From: Mobula hypostoma | Lineage: Eukaryota | Assembly (NCBI RefSeq): GCF_963921235.1 | Contig: NC_086108.1 | Coordinates: 103,232,001 to 103,296,000 of the forward strand | Direction of reading: 5' to 3' | DNA length: 64,000 nt | Part shown: piece by piece, positions 13,901-24,629 of the stretch | Numbering within the stretch: position 1 is the stretch's first letter | How the letters are laid out: the number at the start of each line of letters is the position of its first letter | Translations under genes and position numbers: made by a program | Notes under the pieces: model-generated | Database searches by the model: none | Seen by the model: only the letters and a program-made list of their open reading frames with translations | What the model was told of the DNA's origin: nothing

Positions 13901-14294
13901 TCAGTCAGCACACTTTCCGCTACACAACTATGGAAGTTTCAAGCTCTTTGATGTCATGCTGAATCTCTGCAGACTCCTGAGGAAGGAGAGGTCCTGTCAT
14001 GTTTTCTTTGTGATAATATTTATATGATGGGTCCAGGACAGGTCCTCTGAGATAGTGACACCCAGGAATTTAAAGTTACTGACCCTCTCAACCTCTGATC
14101 CTCCGATTATTACTGGCTCATGGACCTCTGGTTTCCCTTTCTTGATGTCTACAATCATTTCTTTGGTCTTGCTGACATTGAGTTGTTAGGACAGCATGCA
14201 GCCAAATTTTCAATCTCTCTCCTGTATGCTGATTCAACAACACCTTTAATGTGGCCCACCTCAGCAAACTCCAGCTCTAATCTATCCATGTACT

Positions 14295-14915
14295 CATCAA
14301 AAATGCTGGAGGAACTTGGCAAGTCAGGCAGTATCTATGGAGAGGAATAAACAGTCAATGTTTTGGGCCAAGACCCTTCATCAGGACTGGGAAGGAAGAT
14401 GTAAGAAGGAGGAGAAGAAAGAATACAAGCTGGCAGGTGATAGGTGAAGCAGGGTGAAGGGGAAAGGTAGGTAGGAGGGTGGGGGAGGGAGGGAGGGACA
14501 ATGAAGGGAGGACCTGTGAGGCGAGAGGTGGAAAAGGTAAAGAGCTGAAGAAGGAATCAGATTAGAGGACAGGAGAAAGGGAAGGAGGAAAGGCACACAA
14601 CAGAGGTGATAGCCATGTGAGGAGAAGAGAAAGGGTAAGAAGGGAGTCAAAATTGGGAATGGAAAAAGAGAAGGGGAGGGGCGAGAGAAATTCCTGGAAG
14701 TTAGAGAAACTGATGTTCATGCAATCAGGTTGGAGATGACCCAGACAAAACATGAGGTGTTGCCTCTCCAAACTGAGAGTGGCCTCATCAGGCCTTGGCC
14801 CGAAATGTTGACTCTTTATTCCTCTCCACAGATGTTGTCTGACTTGCTGAGTTCCTTCAGAATGTTGTGTGTGTTACTCTAGATTTCCAGCATCTGCAGA
14901 ATCTCTTGTGTTCAC
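14295..14915 (-). mobile_element. Penelope-like 3' end with an inverted terminal copy
   Basis: Reverse strand reads ERQHLMFCLGHLQPDCMNISFSNF (Penelope C-terminus). Terminal repeat is present in both orientations. Confidence 0.7.
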
Positions 14916-15122
14916 GTACCTAACCAACTGTCTTTAAGTTGTTATATCTGACCTAACCACTTCCTCTGACACCTCATTCCACCTACATACCACCCTCTGT
15001 GTAAAAGAAAATCCTATTTATTATTGTCACAATGAAAAGCTTGTCTTGCATACTCTTCATACAGATTAAATCATGGCACAATGCATTAAGATAGAATAAG
15101 GTAAGTTAATAACAACGCAAAG

Positions 15123-15415
15123 GGCACCACGGTGGTGTAGCGGTTAGCACAACACTATTACAGCTCAGGGTGTTCTGGAGTTTGGAGTTCAATTCTGGCA
15201 CCATTCTCTATACATCCTCTGTGTAGAATGCGTGGGTATTCTCCAGGTCCTCCGATCACCTCCCACAGTCCAAAGATGTACCAGAGAGGTTAACTGGTCA
15301 TTGTAAAAATTATTAGGTATGGGTTAATCGCATTTGTGGGGTTTGCTGAGGCAGGTGACTCAAAGGGCCTACTCCTCGGCCCTGTATCACTAAATAAATA
15401 GATAGATAGGTAAAT
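15123..15415 (+). mobile_element. tRNA-derived SINE
   Basis: A box GGTGTAGCGGTTAG, B box GAGTTCAATTC, body shared with other copies (~9527, ~29555, ~63900), (AAAT)n/(AGAT)n tail. Confidence 0.75.
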
Positions 15416-17229
15416 AAAGCATAAAATCTACAAAGTGCAGTGCAGGTAAATGATAAAGTGCATGTTCATAACTTTGAAGTTGGAATAGACTGTCACCAAT
15501 TCATGTTAGATACACAGCAAAGCCACTTCTACAATGTCTTTTCAAACACTCCCTAGCCAAGTACGAGTAGTACTGGTGAGAAACTGAACAAACAGCTTGC
15601 TACACTGCTTCCTCAGATACTCCCTAGGCAAATAAGGCATACACCGGTAAAATAGACATGCTCTTTTTTCATTGCTACCATCAAGGAGATGGTACCGGAG
15701 CCTGATGACACACACACACATTGTTTCAGAAACAATTTCTTCTCATCCACAAGATTTCTGAATGGACAATGAACCCATGAACACTGCCTCACTTTTTTTT
15801 TGCTCTCTTTTTGCATGACATATTAAATATATTTTTTGATATATTTCTTACTGTGATTTAAAGGTTTTTTGTTATGCTTTGCAATGTCTGGCTGCCACAA
15901 GACAACAAATTTCATGTCATATGCCAGTGATATTGAATCTGATTCTGGCCCCTTAAGGCCAACGTTTCCCAGGGCAGGTTCAGCATGGGCTGAATATTGA
16001 TTACATCTGTCTGTGACAATAACATGCTTCCTACTTTTTCCTCTAATGAAAAGGCATCCAACAAAAACAGAATCATTATGCACTAACAGAAACTTTCATC
16101 GGAATAGGCATAAATAGAGAAGTACAAAATATAGATGTCAAATGAAAATGAAAGTTTTGAAAAATTGCCTGTCACAGTCTGTGTAATTACACTGTCGTCA
16201 GAGCGTAATTTGTTGCCTCACTCTGCAGCTGGTTTCCACATGACACAATCACTAATTAAAAGAAAACAAGTATGCATTCAGTTCATTATCATTGAAACAC
16301 ACAGCACAAAAGACCTTGTAACCTGTCGTGCCTATGTGGCTCTTAGTTTTCTAATTCCCTGTTGAAAATTATCACCGAATCTACTTCCCACACCCTTTCA
16401 AACAATGCATTACAGATAATAATCTACTGCGACAAAATAAATTACCCACTTCTTTCTCCTACTTTGCCAATTAACTTCAAGCTGTGTTCCCTGTGCCAGC
16501 TGACAGAAAAGCATACAAAAGGTGGTGGATACAGCCCAATAATCCATCACAGGCAAAGTCCTCCCCACCACTGAGGAAATCTACAAGGATGCAACAAGAA
16601 AGCAGCATCCATTATCAAGACCCATTCACCATCCAGGTCATGCTCTCTTCTCACTGCTGCCATCAGGAAGGAGCTACAGGAGTCTTAGATTCTAATCTAC
16701 AAAGTTCAGGAATAATTATTACCTTACAACCATCAGGCCCCTGAACCAGCATGGATAACTTCACTCATCTCAACTCTAAATTGATTCCACAACCTACAGA
16801 CTCACTTTCAAAGACTCGACAACTTACATTCTCAGTATTGCTTATTTTATTTCCATGATTTATCTTCTTTTGCACATTAATTATTAGTCAGTATTTGTAT
16901 GTAGTTTTTCATTGATTTCATTGTATTTCTTTGTTCTACTGTGAATGCCTATAAGAAAATAAATCTCAAGGTAGTATATGATGGCACATACACTCAGAGG
17001 CCACTTTATTACATACACCTGCTTATTAATGCAAATATCTAATCCGCCAATCATGCGGCGGCAACTCAATGCATAAAAGCATGTAGGTATGGACAAGAGG
17101 TTCAGTTGTCGTTCACACCAAATATCAGAATGGGAAGCAAATGTGATCCAAGTCAAATTGACCATTAAATGATTGTTGGGGTCAGACAGGGGTGCTTTGA
17201 ATATCTCAGAAACTGCTGATCTCCTAGGG

Positions 17230-17395
17230 CAGGGGTGGCCAACCTTTTACATTCCATGCGTCAATTTTTTCACTCACGAGTTCAGAAGCGCTATACAACT
17301 CTTGTACCCCCATTCAATTCTTGTAAAAATATGTTAATATAGAACTCGTGCGTGAAAAAATTGACACATGTAATGTAAAAGGTTGGCCACCCCTG
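17230..17395. mobile_element. hAT-type MITE, 166 bp
   Basis: About 55-bp inverted termini starting CAGGGGTGGCCAACCTTTTACATT. 8-bp TSD TCCTAGGG/TCCTGGGG. Confidence 0.85.
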
Positions 17396-17469
17396 TCCTG
17401 GGGTTTTCACGTACAACAGTCTCCAAAGTTTACACAGAATGGTGCGAGAAAACAAAAAATACATGCAAT

Positions 17470-18180
17470 ACATAGAACATAGAATAGTACAGCACATTAC
17501 AGGCCCTTCAGCCCACAATGTTGTGCCGACCCTCAAACCCTGCCTCCCATATAAGCCCCCACCTTAGATTCCTCCATATACCTGTCTAGTAGTCTCTTAA
17601 ACTTCACTAGTGTATCTGCCTCCACCACTGACTCAGGCAGTGCATTCCATGCACCAACCACTCTCTGAGTAAAAAACCTTCCTCTGATATCCCCCTTGAA
17701 CTTCCCACCCCTTACCTTAAAGCCATGTCCTCTTGTATTGAGCAGTGGTGCCCTGGGGAAGAGGCGCTGGCTATCCACTCTATCTATTCCTCTTATTATC
17801 TTGTACACCTCTATCATGTCTCCTCTCATCCTCCTTCTCTCCAAAGAGTAAAGCCCTAGCTCCCTTAATCTCTGATCATAATGCATACTTTCTAAACCAG
17901 GCAGCATCCTGGTAAATCTCCTCTGTACCCTTTCCAATGCTTCCACATCCTTCCTATAGTGAGGTGACCAGAACTGGATACAGTACTCCAAGTGTGGCCT
18001 AACCAGAGTTTTATAGAGCTGCATCATTACATCGCGACTCTTAAACTCTATCCCTCGACTTATGAAAGCTAACACCCCATGAGCTTTCTTACTTACCCTA
18101 TCCACCTGTGAGGCAACTTTCAGGGATTTGTGGACATGTACCCCGAGATCCCTCTGCTCCTCCACACTACCAAGTATCCA
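17470..18180 (-). mobile_element. Young 5'-truncated CR1 LINE
   Basis: Uninterrupted RT C-terminal frame (EQRDLGVHVHKSLKVASQV...RPHLEYCIQFWSPHY...) and an ATTCTATGTTCTATG tail. Confidence 0.92.
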
Positions 18181-20339
18181 ATAAGCAACAGTTCTGTGGG
18201 CCTTGTAAATGAGAAAGGTCAGAAGAATGGACAGATTCAAGCCAACAAAAAAGGTGACAGTAACCACACGTTACAGCAGTGATGTGTTGAAGAGCTTCTC
18301 TGAATGCACAACATCTTGACCCTTGAAGTGGATCTGCTACAGCAGCCGGAACACCACGAACATACATTCAGTAGCCAGTTTATTAACTACAGAGGTGTGG
18401 CCACTGAGTGCAGGTACTTTGATAATAAACTTACTTTGAACTTTGATTCGGTTGGTAACATTTTCATTTCAGACAGAAAGTTGTAGTTCAACTTCCACAT
18501 CAGGGTCATGAGCAGAAAAATCAAGGCCAACTTTTCAGTTCATTCCTGAAGGAATGCAACACTGTCCTGACAGCAAACCTGCTTCAGTTCTCTAAGATAA
18601 AGACAGAGTATTTCATGGCAATGCACACAAAATGTTGGAGGAATGCAGCAGTTCTTCTGCAAGATCATCACCTTGTCATGGTGGAGTAGCTTGCAAGTTC
18701 CTGAGATCCCGAGAGTGATGTTCTCTTGGGGCTTAGCCACCTGATGCTTAGCTCCTGGTAGGGTCACCCATGGCGGCAGGGTCAAGGGGGAGGTTCCAGA
18801 CAAAGAATGATCCAACCAAAACCTGAACAGTGGAGCTGGTGGACACAGCATCGCAGCAGTGAAGGTTGAGCAGTACTGAAGGATGCCACTGCACCATGAC
18901 CCCAATCTGTCAAGGACTGTGTGGTGACTATCCATGCACCAGCCTCCCCACGTTAAAACAGACTCATACACAGGTGTTCTGAATTAAGGGAATCCACCCT
19001 ATCATCTTGGATCCTGTGGATCCTAGATCAGCCTCTACAGTCACCTGAGGACCCAGCAATAGACAATCCCTTAGGAGGGCATCATACTCAGCTCGAGTGA
19101 TCACACTACTATGGAAAGGAATAAATAGTTGACACTCAGGGCCTTCCCTCCATGGACTTTGTTTACACTTCTTGCTGTCTTGATGCCAGTCAGCCAATCC
19201 CGATGAAGCATCCTGGCCCAAAACATTGACTGTTTAGTTCTCTCCATAGATGCTGCTGAGTTCCTCCAGTATTTTGTGTGTTGCTCTGGATTTCAAGCAT
19301 CTGCATCATTTCTTGTGTTTAAAACTTTGTGGCACCCTTTTGAGCAGGGCATCTCCACCTGCATAATATATTCTCTTTACTTAAAATCATTCAACAGATT
19401 GGGAGAAGGGGAAAAGATTACAGTGATGGAGACACCAAGGGAGCTTGGTGACTGGAGAGGAAGACTAATTTTGGTCCATGACAACCAAGATTGCCATTTT
19501 AAGTTAATCCCATTTGTCTGATTTGGCCCATTTCGCTCTGAACCTTTCCTATCCATGCACCTGTCACGGTACGTTCACTCCATACAAGTACCATTCTCTG
19601 GGTGAAAAAGTTGCCCCTCAAGTTCCTATTAAATCTTTCTCCCCCACCTTAAGCCTGTGCCCTCACCCTTCTTGATTCCCCAATTCTGGGGAAAAGACTG
19701 TACATTGACCCCAGCAATGCCCCTCATAATTCTATACACGTCAAGATTATCCATGTAAGCATCTTCAATGCTCCACTGAATAACATCCAAACCTACTCAA
19801 CCTCTCTCCATAACCACGAATCCAGGCAACATGATTGTATATCTCCTCTATATTCATTTTGTTCAATAGCATTTTTTTCTACATGGTGAACAAAACTGAA
19901 GACAATACTCCAAATGCAGCCTCACCAACATCTTGTACAACTTCATTACAATATTCAACTTCCACACTCAACGTTGCGAATGATGGCCAGCGTTGTGGAA
20001 AGTGGCATGCTGGCCTTCTCCAGTCAGAACCAAAGTGGGGGTTGGTTGAGGGGAAAGGGCTGAGGGGTGTCTTCAGAGAGGGGATCAGAGGAGAGCGGGG
20101 GAAGGATAGGGTGCGAGTGAGGGACTCAGGTGCGCGAGGGGGAGTTCGCAGATTGCGAAGGAGGGGAAGGGATGTCCGTGGGGGAGGGAGGGATCCGGGA
20201 GAAAGCGGAGTGCAACGGAGGGGGTCCGTTATGAGAATGGACATGATCCAAAGGAAGGCTGGGGAAGGGGTGTCTGTGGCAGAATCAATGAATTCCAGGT
20301 TCCCCAGTTCCTGGTCCTCGGTAATTCAGACTGAGGGCG

Positions 20340-20635
20340 ATTTCCCCGGCGACGCTCCCGGCTCACTGACCCTTGGGTCACAATCAAACGTCCGACACAG
20401 CTCTGCGCTCATTACCTGCGCCTCTTCAGAGCCATCGCAACAGATTTGTGCGGCCAACATAAACGCCAGAGCACACAAAACGACGGGCAGCTTCCCACCG
20501 GCTCCAGAGGCCGCCATATTCACGGGAAGTGCTTCCGTCGCGCCGCATCCGTCCAGCTTCAGTGCCTCAAACGTTGGTTCCGCCCTGGCCGCTTGTATTT
20601 TCCATTCATTCCATCTCTTAAAATGCGGAAGTAAC
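20340..20635 (-). promoter_or_regulatory. PIGK CpG-rich promoter/5' region
   Basis: Local CpG enrichment, ETS-like GGAAGT motifs (~20525, ~20627), GC-box-like TCCGCCC (~20579), YY1-like AATATGGCGGC over the ATG. Confidence 0.65.
20416..20517 (-). CDS. PIGK: PIGK coding exon 1 (signal peptide): MAASGAGGKLPVVLCALAFMLAAQICCDGSEEAQ
   Basis: ATG at 20517 in a CpG-rich patch, hydrophobic signal-peptide-like segment, 102 nt ending CAG|GTAAT (phase 0), joins in frame to exon 2. Assigned by context because the N-terminus is poorly conserved. Confidence 0.85.
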
Positions 20636-20954
20636 TGAGCAGGTCAAGCAGCAGTTATGAAGGAAATAAAACACTCCTGATGAAGGGTCGCGGTCTGAAA
20701 CGTCGACTATACATTTTCCTCCATAGATGTTGCCCTACCTGCTGAGTTCCTCCAGCATTCTGTGTGTGTGTGTTACTCTGCATTTCCAGCAGCTGCAGTA
20801 TATCTTATTTTATGATCTTCAGTGTGTGTTGCTCAAGATTTCCAGCATCTATAGAATCTCTTGTGCCTTTTCATTCACTATCATTTCTCTCTGCCAATTT
20901 TCTATTGCAATAGTTCGTAAATAAAACATTGCTGATTCCAAGTTTATAAGTTTG

Positions 20955-21400
20955 AAATTGCGGGAAAGATATCGATAAGATTGAAAGAGTGCAGAGAATT
21001 ACAAAGGTGCTGCTGGGACTTGAGGACCTGAGTTATAGGGAAAAGGTGAATAAGTTAGGATTTTGTTCCCTAGCACATAGCAGATTGAGGGGAAGTTTGA
21101 CAGAGGTATACAAAATTGTGAGGGGAATTGATAGGGTAAATGCAAGCAGGCATTATCCAGTGAGATTGGGTGAGACTAGAACTAAGGTCTTAAGTGTGAA
21201 AGGTCTTAACTAAGAACTTGTGTGAAAAGTGAAATATTTAGGGGGAACCTGAGGTGGGGGAGGGGTCTTCACTCAGAAGGGGTGTGAGAGTAGCCGGTGG
21301 TGTATGGGGTTTTGATTAAAACATTTAAGAGAAGTTTGGATATGTACATGGATGGACAGTGTATGGTGGGCTATGGTTCAGGTGTGAGTTGATAGAATAG
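20955..21400 (+). mobile_element. CR1 LINE 3' fragment
   Basis: ERVQR.., LSYRE, RLRG.L.EVYKI motifs. Confidence 0.8.
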
Positions 21401-22528
21401 AGCTGGCCAGGAGATACAACACCTTCAGTCCCACACCACCAAGTTCAGGAAGTTATTATCCATCAATCATCAGGTTCCTAAACTGTCATGGATAACTTTA
21501 ATTGTCAATATGCTTATCTGATTCTATGACATCCAGACTCACATTCAAGGACTCTTTCCAACGCATGCACTCTGTATGCTTTCATTTGCACAGTTTGTTT
21601 TATTTTGCACATTGGTTGTTTGTCAGTCTTTGTTTATGTACAGATTATGCTTTTTGTAGATACTATCATATTTGATATTTTTCCTGTAAGTGTCTTCAAG
21701 AAAATTAATCTCAAGATAGTATACAGGAACATATACTCAAAGACCATTTTTTCATCTTCCTGTCAGCTTGAACCAGTCTGGCCATTCTCCTCTGACCTCT
21801 CTCGTTAACAAGGCATTTTCATCCACAGAACTGCTGCTCATTGGATTTTTTTCTGTTTCTCACACCATTCTCTGTAAACTCTAGAGACTGCTGTGCATGA
21901 CAATCCCAGTAGATCAACATTTTCTGAATACTCAGACCACCCCATGTGGCACCAACAATCGTTCCACAGTCAGAGTCATTTAGATCACATTTCCTCCCCA
22001 TTCTGGTGTTTGGGCCGAAGAACAACTGAACCTCATGTCCATGTCTGCTTGCTTTTCTGCATCGATTGGCTGATTAGATATTAGCATTAATGAGCAGGTG
22101 TACCTATTAAAGTTGCCACAGAGTATAGATGTACTTTGATAATAAACTTATTTTGAGCCTTTAAAATAAAATCTCCAATTACTTTCAGTCTCCTTAAAGA
22201 TAATCATAGGTGTGACTCCTTCTAGCAATTTTGGTTCCTCTCCCTGATTTCCAGCTTTATTTTTGCTTTAGCGCAACATGGATCAGAACAATGGGCGCTA
22301 TTGACCACAACCCGCTCAGCAGGATTGTCAGAATAAGTAATAAGATCATTGGCCAGAAACAAGAATCACTCAGCAGCATCCATAAGAGACGGACAATAAA
22401 GGCGGCTCAACAAATAGTAGAAGACATTACACATACACTTCACACACACTGCACTCTCGTGCCATCTGGATGCCGCTACAGGTCCGGAAGAGCCTTATCC
22501 AGTTTTGTGCTTCCTCCATTTGCTGCCT

Positions 22529-22635
22529 CAACACCCAGTTTGAATATATAGTAAACACAGCAGCTTTGACAGTAACAACAGCCAGTTTGAATATATAGTA
22601 AACACAGCAGCTTTGACAGTAACAACACCCAGTTT
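22529..22635. repeat. Tandem duplication, 47-bp unit, about 2.3 copies
   Basis: Unit CAACA(C/G)CCAGTTTGAATATATAGTAAACACAGCAGCTTTGACAGTAA starts at 22529, 22576 and 22623. Confidence 0.9.
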
Positions 22636-22784
22636 TATTGTGTATTTGTATTTTAAATCACATGCATTAATTTTAGTATTTATTACCTATAGTGAGTATT
22701 TTATATTGTGTTTAACTATATGTAGTGTGGTGTTGTGTACGTTAAATTCTGTGATGTTGTCCTTGCCACGACACTAACAAAGTT

Positions 22785-23275
22785 CATAGTCATAGTCATA
22801 CTTTATTGAATCTGAGGGAAATTGGTTTTCGTTACAATTGCACCATAAATAATTAAATAGTAATAAAACCATAAATAGTTAATAGTAATATATAAATTAT
22901 GCCAGGAAATAAGTCCAGGACCAGCCTATTGCTCAGAGTGTCTGACCCTCCAAGGAGAGGAGTTGTAAAGTTTGATGGTCACAGGCAGGAATGACTTCCT
23001 ATGACGCTCTGTGTTGCATCTCGGTGGAATGAGTCTCTGGCTGAATGTACTCCTGTGCCCACCCAGTACATTATGTAGTGAATGGGAGACATTGTCCAAG
23101 ATGGCATGCAACTTGGACAGCATCCTCTTTTCAGACACCACCGTCAGAGAGTCCAGTTCCATCCCCACAACATCACTGGCCTTATGAATGAGCTTGTTGA
23201 TTCTGTTGGTGTCTGCTACCCTCAGCCTGCTGCCCCAGCACACAACAGCAAACATGATAGCACTGGCCACCTCAC
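22785..23275 (-). mobile_element. Rex1/Babar LINE 3' fragment
   Basis: VASAIMFAVVCWG...NKLIHKA...TERHRKSFLPVTIKLYN, followed by a (TATGAC)n tail. Confidence 0.85.
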
Positions 23276-23788
23276 AGAAAATAAAGTGAATTGAATTGAG
23301 TGTTGCGTACTGTTGAAAATTAGGAAGCAGTTTGATAATATCAAAAGGGAGAGACACACAAAACACTGGAGGAACTCAGCGGGTCAGTCTCCCACGCTTC
23401 AGGGAATGAAGTCCCAGCCTGTCCAATCTCTCAGTCCCTCAAGTCCTGTCGTGATAGGCATGAGTTCCAATCATAGATCAAACTGAACGTCAAGTTCAGC
23501 TTATTGTCATTCAACTGTACACATGCACACCACCAAACGAAACTACGTCCCTCCAGACCAAGGTGCACAACACAATGTAACTCGCACACATAACACATAA
23601 AGTAATATTACCACTCGTAAATTAACAAAACACATAGTGCGTTTGCAACAGAAGTTAAAAAGTAAACAGTAAAACACTACCGGAGCTTCATGCATGATGA
23701 AACTTGGATGGTGGTAGGGAACTCAGTAGATTTATGTCCTGGGGGAAGAAGCTGTTCCCCATCCTAACAGTTCTTGTCCTAATGCTAC

Positions 23789-24529
23789 TGTTACATACCA
23801 GCAGCAATAGCTCACAAACTGAGTTAGGTTTTAATGTTAAAACCACTATATTTATTAGTATCTACTCAAAAATATAGAAAATTAAATGAAATAAACAGAA
23901 ATTAACAGTGTTATGTGCGTGTGTGGCTTAGGAAGAGTTCTCAAAGTCTTAAGATGGCAAACTAGAAAGGTCCAGTAATCCATGGAATAAGTGAGGGGAG
24001 AGACTGGTAAATCCACGTTAAAATGTAGAGAGGAGGCGATCATGAAGAATTCCACAGGTTCCACGCTGGGAAAACAAAGTAACAGTCGCCGAAGATTTTA
24101 TCCGTCGAGTCGTCCCAAAATCCACGTAGAAATATCACAGGGTGACAGTCACAGAATATATCCTAGCACAAGTGGTTACCATATAACATACCCGAAACCA
24201 TGTAAGGGTTAACAAAAGTAGCCGCCACAGGGTATTCCAACAAAATCCACGTATGGATCATACGAAGTGACAGTCACACATCCAATGTGCACTGTGTGCC
24301 GTTGATCAACCCAATCCTTTGGGCATGGGAAAGTATCAGACTTTACCCATTGTTGCAGCTCCTGCCAGCAGCTTGCGGTCCAAATCTTCCACTCTTTCCC
24401 TCTCTCCCCTTCTCCTCTGAAAATCCCAGCGGTCTGTCGCAGCTTGCTATACTGACGTCATAGTCCCGCCTCATCCAAGCGTTTTAAAGTGACACCCACA
24501 GTAAACGAAACTGTGGTCACGTACTAACA
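23789..24529. mobile_element. Solo LTR, 741 bp
   Basis: TGTTA...TAACA termini with a perfect 4-bp TSD CTAC (23785-23788 and 24530-24533). Removing it restores a contiguous Rex-like repeat. Confidence 0.85.
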
Positions 24530-24629
24530 CTACAATACCTCCTGCCTGATGATAATGCTAAGGGCCCTTCGTACGTAGTGATCCTGATAAATATGTCTCT
24601 GGATCAGAATCAGAATCAGGTTTAATATC

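Larger units (their letters stand above)
16991..18415 (+). mobile_element. Non-autonomous/degenerate Tc1-like element, split by a MITE and a CR1; related copy at ~21740-22125 (minus)
   Basis: Termini TA-CACTCAG(A)GGCCAC... and ...GTGGCCACTGAGTG, with transposase N-terminal remnants (MG.KCDL, MIVG.R.G.L.ISETADLLG). Confidence 0.65.

Noticed and set aside
17533..18267. 244-aa ORF as a host or domesticated gene
   Set aside because: It is the C-terminus of CR1 ORF2 in a 5'-truncated insertion. The N-terminal part of the ORF is read-through from flanking sequence.
19835..20638. 267-aa plus-strand ORF antisense to PIGK exon 1
   Set aside because: Non-ATG start, begins in a CR1 remnant and crosses a GC-rich promoter/intron with few stops. 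Low-complexity G/R-rich product with no recognisable domain.
22529..22635. CRISPR-like array
   Set aside because: Units are contiguous with no unique spacers, the context is eukaryotic and there are no cas genes.
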